A stretch of DNA of 64,000 nt, taken from positions 620,001-684,000 of the forward strand of contig JASANG010003752.1 of assembly GCA_030248215.1 (NCBI GenBank), given 5' to 3'. This document shows, one piece after another, positions 1 through 10,717 of this stretch. A model generated the notes under the pieces. That model saw nothing but the letters and a program-made list of their open reading frames with translations, made no database searches and was not told where the DNA came from. A program made the translations under genes and the position numbers. Origin of the DNA: Enoplolaimus lenunculus (taxonomy: Eukaryota). Each line of letters opens with the position of its first letter. The first letter of the stretch is position 1.

Positions 1-125
1 TTTTACTGACCGTCAAATTTTCGAGTATTATATTTTAGTAAACACAGTTTTTATACCGTAAAAATCAAGCTTAGTAACAATAAATGCAGCTGATCTAACG
101 ATATGTAGCCTTAAAACGCCGAACT

Positions 126-3100
126 ATGTGGCTAAGCGTAGCATCAGCTACTCTGATAATACTTTCAATTCCACCCTCGTCCGCAAACATCTTACTGACC
201 CTCAAATTTTCGGATTGGAGTTTAGTGAACACGTTTCGTCAAATGTGCAATTCAACTTGTCTCGAATGTCAAACATGTGCCGCGACCAAAACTGCAGAAC
301 TCATCTTAGCGACAGTGATTGACGAACGCCGGGTGACGTCTCATAATGTCAACGATGCTATTGTTGTTCAACCAGAGCATCGAAACGTTCAAAATGCAGC
401 CGTAAACAGCCGTGAGTATTATTGGAAATGGACCGATTTACCGCCGTCGAACGAACAACTGTTACTGGGCGAACCGTCGTTTGTTAATCCTGTTGTTACT
501 AATGTTGAAAGTAGGTCTACACTGTAAAAAAATGGGGAGTCAAATTGACTCTCTCGGAAACAGGTTTTTCCTGACTACACAAATTGAGTCAAATTGACTC
601 TCTCTCGGAAACAGTTTTTCCTGACTCACAAACTGAGTCAAATTTGACTCCGCAAGAATTCACTGTTGACTCTGGCGGAGTCAAATTTGACTCAGTTAGT
701 GTAGTCAGGAAAAGCCTGTTTCCGAGAGAGTCACAATTTGACTCCCCATTTTTTACAGTGTACAAGCAATAATAACATCTATTCGTGACTATACAAAACA
801 TTCATTGCCTTGCTATCTCAACAGTAAACGTGTCAAAAATAAAACGATATTTTAAATGCTTTTCGCGTTTCAAGTAACATTATTTTACATGTTCTTTAGT
901 AGAATGGAAAAGCTGGAAAACGAACAGCTATTCTAGCAAATTTGTGTTAAGTAGTACACACTTTGTAATGTTTATCAAAACGATATTTGAGTATTAATGC
1001 GCCGTACCCAATAATTTGGTCAACGGTGCCACAAAATCTCTTATAGACCAGTCCTATCACCAACTCGTTTTCAAAATGACCTCGCGATAGGCCAGGACTA
1101 TTAGAGATTTTGAACCAACGTTGACAAAACTATTACTGTCTACACAGCAAAAAATGGTGAGTCAAATTGACTCTCTCCGAAATAGGCTCTACGGGTTCTA
1201 CACAAATTGAGTCAAAATTCGACTCCGGCAGAGTCAAATTCGATTCACTGGGTGGCATGTTTGACTCTGGCGGAGTCGAATTTGACTCATTTTGTGTAGT
1301 CCCGTAGAGCCTATTTCGGAGAGAGTCAATTTGACTCGCCATTTTTTGCAGTGTAGGCTACTGTAGAAAATTGTACACACATGCGAGTCCCTAAGTTCCT
1401 AATTGAGTGTTTGTAAATTATATATCCAAAGGTCACCCACACTATGTGTACACCCGGCTGACAATAGAGAGTCCCTCTGAACGGCGTATGCTTTGCCTCA
1501 CTATCGCACATACAGATGCCACTTTGTCAATACGTTATAGAAAGTACAGCGTTTTGTCCTGAGTCTGTCAGAAGGACATTCGCTTATTTCATAACACAAA
1601 GTCTGTTCGAAGGGGCTCTGTTAAGCGATTATACAGAGTCTGTGCGATGGAACTCCTATTGTCAGACACTTTGTCCGAACTGTGTCCACATTGCTTCCAC
1701 ACCCTTCGAAGAGACTACCGCCATAACAGAGTAACTATGTATGCCCTCTGCAAAGTCCAAATATCCCAAAAAACAGTATTGTTTTGTACCGCCCTTGCAA
1801 ACAAGTGGGTGGTCAATTTTTACAGTAGCGTAGACAGTATAACGTGGATGACCCATAATAACGTTTATTTCAAAACGCAAAACACAATTGCTATTTTTAA
1901 CAAGATTGGTTAAATATGCTTTATTAAGTGAGAAAGTAATTTCATGTCGTGTGCACCGTCCCCACATTAATTTCTGATGCTTAGGCTCAGGCAAATGCTT
2001 GCGTACATGTAAGCCTTTTTCTAAACCCAAATTTAAACCTTAGCAGTGCAACTGGAAATAGTTAGTTAAAGCAAGAGTGCATGATCACTCTTTAACAAGA
2101 GTGGACAACTATCGAAATTTGTGCGGTAAAAAAGTACCACCAGGTGTTGCGGTTTGGCCGACGCTCCCACGTTATGTACAGGGGAATCGCTATCACACGC
2201 TATACCAGGGGCACGCCAAATATGCAACGCGTGCCGGGTACATTCTGTCCAACACAGCATGTACCCTGCTGAATATTTTTGTTGGACTCAGCATCATCAA
2301 CTCTTGGTAAAAACGGACAAGATTTATAGAAGGCGAAAGAATTCTTGTAACACGCAATTTTTCGGCGATATTGAATTAATTCTTAAGCTTTTGGGGTGTA
2401 CGTCTTCGTTCGCCTCGCTCAATAATTGTGTTCTTGCCGGAAGCTTAAAGCCGCAGCGTATTACGTGTTCAGGAAAGGGTACAAGAACGTTTACTTTTTT
2501 GATATTTTCAGCGGCCGACAGTCGCGTTGTGATATGGCTTGAAATGTCCGGCGGTTCACGTTTTTCAAGTTGTAAATTCACTACCTCGCATACAGTAGCC
2601 GTCAAAGAACATTTAGGTCAACCAATCAAATCGCATACGCTTGTAGGTGATTGCTTCACCCTTAACGTCGAAATTACCGCAGTTTGTGCGCCGTTCTATT
2701 ACGGCGCGCGTTGTACTCAGTCAGTATCGCCTAGTTTCGCCGCGATGGGAGGCGGTCACAGCGGAAATCCGGGTTTTGTACCGGCAAGCGAAGCGCGAAA
2801 TTACTTTAGTCTATTTGTGATTACAGGTACGTACCTTTACGTTCAACGTGACTGCGGCTAAGGTACCCAAGGCCCCGTCGGACTTGTAAGATGGAGCCCT
2901 TGTGGGGTATCAGTTACGGGCACACCAGCTGATTGAAGAATGGGTACAAATACGTGTGGGCGCAATTGAGAAGCCAAATAGGCGTGAAATATGCGGTACT
3001 TAATTGTATTTGCGTCGAATGCGTAAAACTTATCTGTTTTGCCGGGCGGCTGGTGTTCTAGAGCATAAGGTGGGTGTAGTATCCGCTGTACAGGTCCGCA

Positions 3101-4091
3101 CTCAGCTTAACATGCTTGTGGGGACACTAAAAAATTTTCAGGAACGGCATACAAGGATTTCGAATGACTTAAGGATTTGTTTTGATTGGACAATAGAGGC
3201 TTTTCAACTTGTCATGGAGATGATTAAAACCCAGGTGCCTATTGTCAAATTAGTGTAGTAGCTGCTTTAGCGAGTTTGTGAAAGGTATTGCACTTTTGGA
3301 ACCAGGGAATGACGAGGTTCGAAATTTAGCACAGTTTTCGCGTTTAATTTGTCCTACTACTGTGCCAATTTGGAGCGCTGCCGATAGGAGAGTTTACCCG
3401 TTTGAAAACCTATCGCAAACTGATGATAGTACACAATATAGCGTATAGTTAAAAACCTCAAATTCGTAATTTGAAAGTTTATTCTTATTTTTCAGGAATT
3501 GTTTTATGCTTAACGCTAACATCACTATTGTTTGCCGCGTTCGGTTACTCGTGTATGAAACTTCGTCAAAAATACGTCAACTACAAACGGCGCAGTTTGA
3601 AATCGCCGCAATCTCCCCCCAAAATTGCGGGTGTAGATTCAAAGATGACGAAAAAAGGCTCGTCTACAGCGGGCACTGCCACACTACTGATTCAAAATCC
3701 GCATGAATCAGGCTCCGGAGCTACGGAAACAGTGATTGCAAGCACTGGAGTTGAAACAAACGGTCACAACGGCATTAGATCAGTAAAATCTGGAGGATGC
3801 GGCGGTGAAAAAATGTACGCAGGGACTACTGGAGCTCCAAAGGGTCAGCTACCGTTCGCAAGTGTACCCCCGCATATGGCCACAGTCGAAGATTGGGATG
3901 ATAAAGCGAGTACTTTGGGAAATCGTTCGTTGAAAGATATTTTGATTGAACAAGAAGAAGCTGAACAGCAACAGCAAACACAACATCAACCAATTACTAA
4001 TAACTCAGGACAAATTGGCGTCGAATCTGATACAGTGGGTCCCAGTGGAGGGTCAAAGCTAACAAACTATACGTATACAGGGTACTATTGA
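126..4091 (+). CDS. Single-pass type-I membrane protein (~431 aa, 3 exons), possibly with a Notch-ligand-like C2/MNNL N-terminus and truncated DSL/EGF-like motif
   Basis: Exons 126-510, 2512-2826 and 3496-4091 join in frame (both introns phase 1, GT-AG, TTTTCAG acceptors; 1296 nt). Signal peptide MWLSVASATLIILSIPPSSA; Cys motif VCAPFYYGARC; TM FSLFVITGIVLCLTLTSLLFAAFGY spanning the exon 2/3 junction, followed by basic KLRQK..KRR; low-complexity tail ending YTGYY. The gene structure is better supported than the family assignment. Confidence 0.75.
520..760. mobile_element. MITE family A (CACTG...CAGTG termini, TA flanks; CACTA/CMC-like)
   Basis: Near-perfect fold-back: CACTGTAAAAAAATGGGGAGTCAAATTGACTC ... 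GACTCCCCATTTTTTACAGTG, TA on both sides, internal GAGTCAAAT(T)TGACTC palindromes. Confidence 0.85.
1143..1353. mobile_element. MITE family A copy
   Basis: TA|CACAGCAAAAAATGGTGAGTCAAATTGACTC ... GACTCGCCATTTTTTGCAGTG|TA. Confidence 0.85.
1560..2260 (-). pseudogene. Possible highly decayed Ty3/gypsy pol remnant (RNase H-integrase) in intron 1
   Basis: Minus-strand fragments in gypsy order: IACDSDSPVHNVGA (cf. LACDASxYGVGA), PLLLKSDHALL (cf. FxLxTDHKPL), MGHP..VCK (HHCC-like), YLDFAEGIH..VVSSKGVEA (cf. HIDFAGP..VVDAYSKWVE), FG../VSDN. Very degenerate, with frameshifts and deletions. Confidence 0.35.
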
Positions 4092-4200
4092 GTCTCAGCG
4101 GAACCTCAAAGTAAAATCACGCAGCGCAACGGTGCTTTTTGATCGTTTTTTTTTACGAAACTTTGCCCGCGATCGTTGAGCAAATTTAAAAACAAAAATT

Positions 4201-4731
4201 CAGTGGCTGATCCAGAAATTTCTAAAAAACGGCCGCGCGAGATACAATAGAAATTAAACTCACGAGCAAAACCAGCGAGAATTCGACCGCCCTTTTAGTG
4301 CTAAACACTAATACAAATTAATACAAAAACCTTGTTTCCGATCTATATTGCAGGGATCTATGTCGGGAGGGTCTTCCTTGGATTCATCACAGACCGAAAC
4401 TGAAAATTTGTCCATTCCTACATGAATAACACTTTTAGTTTCGCTTGAAAGTTAACTGGCGTGATTTGTAGTCGTCATCTCGAGCCTGTTGAACAACGGG
4501 TCCCAGGAGAGTCGGCTTGAAAACGTTTTGTGCTGCCACAGAAATAGGTTAGCCTCGTTTTTAAGCCAGGTGGAATCCACGAATGCCCATCCTGAAATGT
4601 TTTGGGCCTCCCATCTGTTGGGTCAGCTGCTAACTCTGGCAGATCTAAAGGGAAAAGGGTCCACGACAGCAAAGCCTGGAGGGCAAGGCTAACTTGAGCC
4701 TTCTCCTCGACAAATTCTGGATCTGCCACTG
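4201..4731. mobile_element. Non-autonomous TIR element (hAT-like termini)
   Basis: CAGTGGCTGATCCAGAAATT at 4201 is inverted to AATTCTGGATCTGCCACTG ending at 4731. No clear TSD. Confidence 0.5.
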
Positions 4732-6105
4732 TGGTGGTAATAAGAACCCGAGCAGTCTATCATGCTTTGAGGAGATTTTGTACTGCGAGTATGGTTTAAA
4801 CGTTAAAAACTGTGCACTGGGAAGGATTATATACAACCGTAGGTGTACTTTTCAAAAACAAACCTTTCAAGACGAGCAACGGCGGTTATACGCTTTCCTT
4901 AAATTTACGCTTAGACTTAAACTTAACAGGAAAGGCTTCCGTTTTGTATAATTCTTGCCAATGTCAACAGTGTTCCTAATCCTAAACGTCTTCTTATGCT
5001 CAACACAATGAACGGAAACATTCTGAAGTCTATTATCAAGATATCCATTTTTGAGTAATTTTGTACAGGACCGCAACCAGGAATTGTTAGTAAAAGGGGT
5101 AGAAAGGTATACAGTTTGCAAGAAAATCTTTAAAAGCGTATAGAATTATTTTAATTGCTGCCGAAAAATTTTTCTGCCAGGGCCGGGATAAACACGTTCG
5201 TAGGGTCCAAACCCTCCTTGTGTCCTTCCCTCGGTAAGTAAATGATGTCTGATTTTGTACTTCTTTATATCTAATGATTTGTGCTTGTTAATAAATTTTC
5301 AGTTGTTCATCAGGAATAACAGATTAAAACTGTTTTATTGCTCGCATTTCAAACATATTTCAAAAGTCAATCTACACTGTAAACATGGCAGTTTTGTTAA
5401 TTTTATATCCGTAAATGTGGAATCCACGTTTAAACTAGAGGAGCTTGGGACACGTTTTGTCTTTATTACACTATTGGTTAACGTTTTGTCTGCTTATTAA
5501 TCCAATAAAAATGTCTGTGGTTTGGTTATTTGCTGCCAGATTAAATTTTCATTTTCGCAAAACAGAATTTTGAGGTTTTTAAAAAATAGTTCGTTGATCT
5601 CAAATATTTTCTGATAACGCTAATTTTATAATAAAATGTAATAAAAAAACCTAAAAAATTATATATCTTAATATTAAAATAGCAATGGTACAAAGATGGT
5701 CTTGGTATTTGAAATAAAATTTCATAATTTTCGTTTCTTGGTGTGTTTAATAGCATCGTTTAGTGTTTATGCAGCATAGAGTTTTAATTTATGTTCAAAT
5801 TTGCCTACTTGACGGTCAATTAGCTGCGACTAAAATCATTCAAGAACTATTTGGCTTTATCGTAAACAGGTTCATGATATATCAAGTTTATTTTAATCCC
5901 TCTTTTATTCCTAAACGATGGTTGCATTCGGAAATGTAATCTTTAGTTTATTGGATCGTGTTGGAAATGCATTGTTTGAGTTTATATTCAAGATTTTAGC
6001 ACAACTGTTCGGGTTACGTTTGAATATAAGGTCTACGCTTGAAACATGCCTAAAACATATTGTTCATAAATTGTCAAATTTTCGGAGAACCTATCACCAG
6101 CTATA

Positions 6106-6212
6106 TACTGCCAGAAATGGGCGTAAATTGACCCGCTTCGAAATAGGCTCTGCGGGTCTACACAAACTAAGTCAAATTCGGCTCCGCCAATGAAAAATTT
6201 GACTCGCTGAGT
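6106..6212. mobile_element. Truncated, diverged MITE family A copy
   Basis: Left arm only: ..AAATTGACCCGCTTCGAAATAGGCTCT..CTACACAAACTAAGTCAAATTCG. Confidence 0.6.
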
Positions 6213-6464
6213 TGCACAACTCTAGAGGGATTTAATACTAAATTCTGAATCGAACAAGAATTAAAAAATCATACTTGTGCTTTTATTTCAATCGAGAAAA
6301 CAGGAAAAGTTTTACCGAACAAAAACTAGAGTAGAAGTAGTATTATAAATTAAATGTACCAATTAAATGCAGACACATCCAAATAAAAAAATTTTCCGGA
6401 CCCAGTTTAAGCATATTCATACGCCTAAAGCCTAAGGATAAAGCCTAAGCCTCAGCGTAAGGAT

Positions 6465-6647
6465 TATCAGTCTATGTAGATACGATTGAGAAGTTCAGAC
6501 CTTGTTTTATGCAGCTGGAAACGCAGGGTATAGAGGTTTGCTCAAACTAGGAACTAATGATCTTAAGCGAACACTGTACTTCTGCGCTACGTAGCCTGTC
6601 TTTTATCTACCAACCCTGTTGATAAGCATCCAAACAATATGCTTACT
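6465..6647 (-). mobile_element. Old, diverged solo LTR related to the TRIM at 6767-7383
   Basis: Shares, in order, TCAGTC, CAGACCTT, GCAGCTGGAAA, CTTAAGCGAACACT, CTGCGC.ACGTAGCC and terminal ATGCTTAC with the young LTR. Confidence 0.65.
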
Positions 6648-6824
6648 TTTGTGAGGTCCGCAAGGGCTCAAAAAGTGCAGGAATATATTATACTTCTGAA
6701 AACGGTTTTTGTTTATTACTCTCAAGAGTATTTTCTTAGCTAGTGGTATAATACATGTGTGCTATGTGTCAGTCAAGGTAGGAACCGGGACATCAGACCT
6801 TTTTTACTAAGCAGCTGGAAAAGC

Positions 6825-6897
6825 GGGCACGAGCGGGGATCGAACTCTCAGCCTATGGATCCTTAAGCGAACACTCTACCACTGCGCCACGTAGCCC
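6825..6897 (-). ncRNA. tRNA-derived sequence / Pol III type-2 promoter in LTR (not a functional tRNA)
   Basis: 73 nt GGGCTACGTGGCGCAGTGGTAGAG...GAGTTCGATCCCCGCTCGTGCCC. A box TGGCGCAGTGG, B box GAGTTCGATCC, ends pair like an acceptor stem, TTTT 2 nt downstream. The anticodon stem does not pair. Confidence 0.7.
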
Positions 6898-7187
6898 GCC
6901 TGTGCAACTGCATTTTTCGTCGACTATATTTGTCGACCGTATGCTGCCAGCTACCATACATACAGTGCACTGCACTATATTGCATGTGCACATAACGGAC
7001 AAGCATGTCTCACATGCTTACATGCCCTTATTTTCAACAAGGTCGTCCCTTGACCGTCCAACCTATTTTCGACTGGATACCGTGTTCATAGCGCGGCAGT
7101 TTACCATTGCGCTCACGGCGTAGCCCCCATGTCAGTCAAGGTAGGAACCGGGACATCAGACCTTTTTTACTAAGCAGCTGGAAAAGC

Positions 7188-7260
7188 GGGCACGAGCGGG
7201 GATCGAACTCTCAGCCTATGGATCCTTAAGCGAACACTCTACCACTGCGCCACGTAGCCC
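7188..7260 (-). ncRNA. tRNA-derived sequence / Pol III promoter, second LTR copy
   Basis: Same sequence as 6825-6897. Confidence 0.7.
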
Positions 7261-8719
7261 GCCTGTGCAACTGCATTTTTCGTCGACTATATTTGTCGAC
7301 CGTATGCTGCCAGCTACCATACATACAGTGCACTGCACTATATTGCATGTGCACATAACGGACAAGCATGTCTCACATGCTTAAGGGCTCAAAAAGTGCA
7401 GGAATATATTATACTTCTGAAAACGGTTTTTGTTTATTACTCTCAAGAGTATTTTCTTAGCTAGTGGTATATTACATGTGTGCTATGCAATACTTTTAAC
7501 TCATTCCTTTCTAGTGAATAACGCTAGTTCGATCGCACCCGCTACTCGGTTTTACAGCTACTTAGCAAAAAAGTCTGAATTATCGGATTTGGGTGGGTCT
7601 CTGCAACGGCTTTTGTGTGTTTCAGATCAATGATGTTAGCGTAGTCGCCCTTCACCAACGGCACGGCCTGTTTTATGAGCACTTACTATGAAACGTTTTT
7701 ACAGAAAGGCACAGATATACACAGAAATGTTATACAATGTTGTGCAGTTAACAATTTCCACCATACGGTTATTACCAGTAGTTTCAGTTATATCTGGTCT
7801 AAGCCTAGAGGTCTGTACAAGCCTAAGGCATATGTTATGGTGATTATACTGTGTTGTTATAATTATGATGCGCGTAATCGAAGAATGGTTATATATGAAC
7901 CTATAGTACTAGTGTAGCAGCTTCGTAATAAATCGCTCTAATATAGAGGAAACCAATGTACGATATATACATAACACATTAGAGATGTCACGGGGTCGGG
8001 TCCCAACGACTCGTTAACATGGACGGTACATGAAAAACGTTTACGTATCCGCTTTTGCTCGTTTACAACGTTTTAAATTTTTGATCGGAATCAGAACTAA
8101 TTGTGAATCTAATTTTAACCGAAATCGCAACTCTGTGTACCCTGATTTGTAAACAAAAAAATTGCCCACTCGTACTTTACTACAAACGCCCCCGCTTCGC
8201 GCAGTACCTGAATAAGGTCAACGGAATATACATAAGCGCTTAATCGAAAAACGACCCCAAACAATAAAATATCCTGCCGATGTACACTTTCACATAGCAA
8301 AACAGCTGCTGTGTGAACTTGTTTCGTAAACAATACAACAGCACTGCCGTAGATTGTACATATCTCTATTGTCTAGGCAAAATGCCCCGTGGCACAATTT
8401 AGCCAAAATCTGAACGCAGCACAGTAAGTTCATTACATTATCGTAGTCAAAATGTTGCGTGACGCGATATGGCAAATAACAGACGCATTAACACTAAGTT
8501 CACAACGTTGGGAGTATATATATCAACAAAATCTCTCGTGACGCGATATGATAAAAACTGTACCGTACTCCCAAGTACATGCTTACACAAAAGGTAAGTA
8601 TATACATGAAATTTCCAGTTCATGTATTTTGCTGGCCTCGGATCATTTTTCATTCACTGTACTATCTTACGTTATACAGATTTGTAATAGTTGATATTCA
8701 GTCGTTGTACATATATAAT

Positions 8720-10522
8720 ATGACTTTTCCGCTTATTTCGAAATTTATGTTAAGAACTCCACACAGCTCTGCTCTTGCAATTCGGGCAGTGTCCCATGAG
8801 ATAGAAAATTATCGTCTTCCAGAGATTAAGGTAAAGTGATTTCAGTAAAATTATTCTTATAACCTGTTTTGTTGAATTGTATTCGTTCGTAAACTACTTA
8901 CGCATACATAAACGCAATTTTTTGGTCAAAAACTATGCAGCATAGTTGTAAGTAGTAGTAGTCTGAATTTTTGCAGCTACACTATCCCACTATAATTTCT
9001 GATGTGTGTTGGTAGTAAGACTTAAAAAGAATGAACTAAATATGTATGGAATGCAGGTGCAAATTTATACGCATCTATAAACAAAAATTATGAAATTCAA
9101 ATAGTCGTAATCAACTTTTGCTACTCTTGATTTTGAATCGCCGCTCTGCATTTTTTGTGCTCTTGCATAGATTTTGTTTTACTCGTAAAATTATTCTATA
9201 TACGGTAACTGCATTGAATAGTCTAGATCTAAATTTACACGTTTATTGGTCTGCCTTATGTCATAACAAAATTTTGAGAAAATACCATACTTAGATTGAT
9301 AGTTGTGTTAATGAAGAATTTTCAAACTATCTGTATCGTATGTTTCTTGTATTGTCAGGAGGACGACTTACATGAACAGTTTGTACGAGGAAGTGGGCCA
9401 GGCGGTCAAAAAGTAAATAAAACAACAAATTCCGTTGTTCTGAAGCACAAGCCAACAGGTGTGTAACGTGTGTTTGTCGTTATCTTTGCTGTTTGATTAT
9501 GCTTTCGATTCACTGCATTACCAAATCTGTTAGTTTAAGATTTTTTGTTTGTTTGTTGTTTCACAGGTCTATTTTTGTTAATACTCTTCCATATTACTGA
9601 ATTTGTTTTTAGGCATTGTTGTTAATTGTCACGAGTCGCGTATGCTGCATCGAAATCGAAAAATTGCTAGAGAACGATTGATCATGAAACTAGATCGCCA
9701 TGTAAATGGCGACCAGTGTTTGGAAGCTCTTCGAGCGAAAGAAGCCGCAGAACGAAGAAGGTATATTATATAATTATAGCCAGGGTGCGAATGGACGTCA
9801 GAAAATACCGACGCCGGATACTACAATATCCGATTTTAGCCGGATACTACAATATCTGATCTTAGTCGGGTATCACAATATCCGGTCTGATCAATGCCAA
9901 ATACTGCAATGTATATATATTTCTTATTGAGCAGTAGTATACTAAAATAGTCGACCGGAGCAGGTTATTAATTGAGTGTTTCAATAGAAGTAAAAGCATA
10001 ATTACGATAATTTAATTTTAGTCGCTATCCTACAGTGGTTTTAGTGTTGAGAGTGTTCAGTAGTGTACTCGTTTCTGTCATTTTGGACTGCTTAACTTAG
10101 AAGTGTATATCAATGACACTTTTGCTGTAGTCAAATTTTCATTTTTGACGAATCAGGGAACGGATAGTTTCCTATTTGTTTTAGCTCGTTGTGCTAGGAT
10201 ACGAATATCTAGCTGGAAGCTTTAGATTTTATCCAATGGTTTTTTGAGTACGTCCGTTTGTATGAAGCGGGTTCTGATGTTTGCCACAAACCTCAACACA
10301 TTGTGTTTGAGGCAACTGCAAATTAGGCGATTACAAATTTGCATTCTCGTTTTCTGTATGCGTCGTTTTGGTGTACTTGTTAAAATTGATTTGTTTTTAA
10401 GGAAGCAACAAGTTAAGGATGCAAAATTGCGAGCTGACCGAGCAGTGTACAAGAAAATGTATGAAGATTTGTTAAGAACGGAGAAACATAAAAATGGTGC
10501 AAACAACGAAAAACAGGTATGA
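8720..10522 (+). CDS. MTRFR: Mitochondrial translation release factor in rescue (C12orf65-like, GGQ peptidyl-tRNA hydrolase), ~159 aa, 4 exons
   Basis: Exons 8720-8830, 9359-9458, 9613-9760 and 10402-10522 are phase-consistent (480 nt). [56 protein letters not shown]; basic helical C-terminus; Arg/Ser-containing N-terminus suggestive of a presequence. The start could alternatively be ATG 8748. Confidence 0.88.
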
Positions 10523-10717
10523 ATACAGGGCATGTGTAGTAGTTAAAAATCTCGGTGTTGCTAATTTGTTGCCTGAGGGATTTCCTTAGCGGCAGCGTCT
10601 AAGGTGCTACAACATTATCGTTATGCTGCCTAAGCAGTGTAAATGTTACAGTAGAAACAAATTCCGAATGATACTTCGTAATTTAACAGCTTTAGGATTT
10701 ACTGTAAAAATCCATTA

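Larger units (their letters stand above)
6767..7383 (-). mobile_element. TRIM-like miniature LTR retrotransposon with tRNA-derived cassette in each LTR
   Basis: Apparently identical LTRs at 6767-7022 (TG...CA, 256 bp) and 7130-7383 (lacks 2 terminal nt), with a 107-bp non-coding interior. On the minus strand the PBS TGGGGGCTACGCCG directly follows the 5' LTR (7129-7116) and purine-rich GAAAATAAGGGCA directly precedes the 3' LTR. Confidence 0.85.
6662..7487. repeat. 105-bp direct repeat (6662-6766 / 7383-7487) bracketing the TRIM
   Basis: AAGGGCTCAAAAAGTGC...GTGCTATG occurs twice, with one mismatch seen. Confidence 0.95.

Noticed and set aside
584..1342. ORFs of the SQIDSL/ESNLTP type (also at 50483)
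   Set aside because: Translations of palindromic MITE family A.
6825..6897. Functional tRNA gene
   Set aside because: The anticodon stem does not pair and the acceptor and T stems are imperfect; kept as a tRNA-derived cassette.
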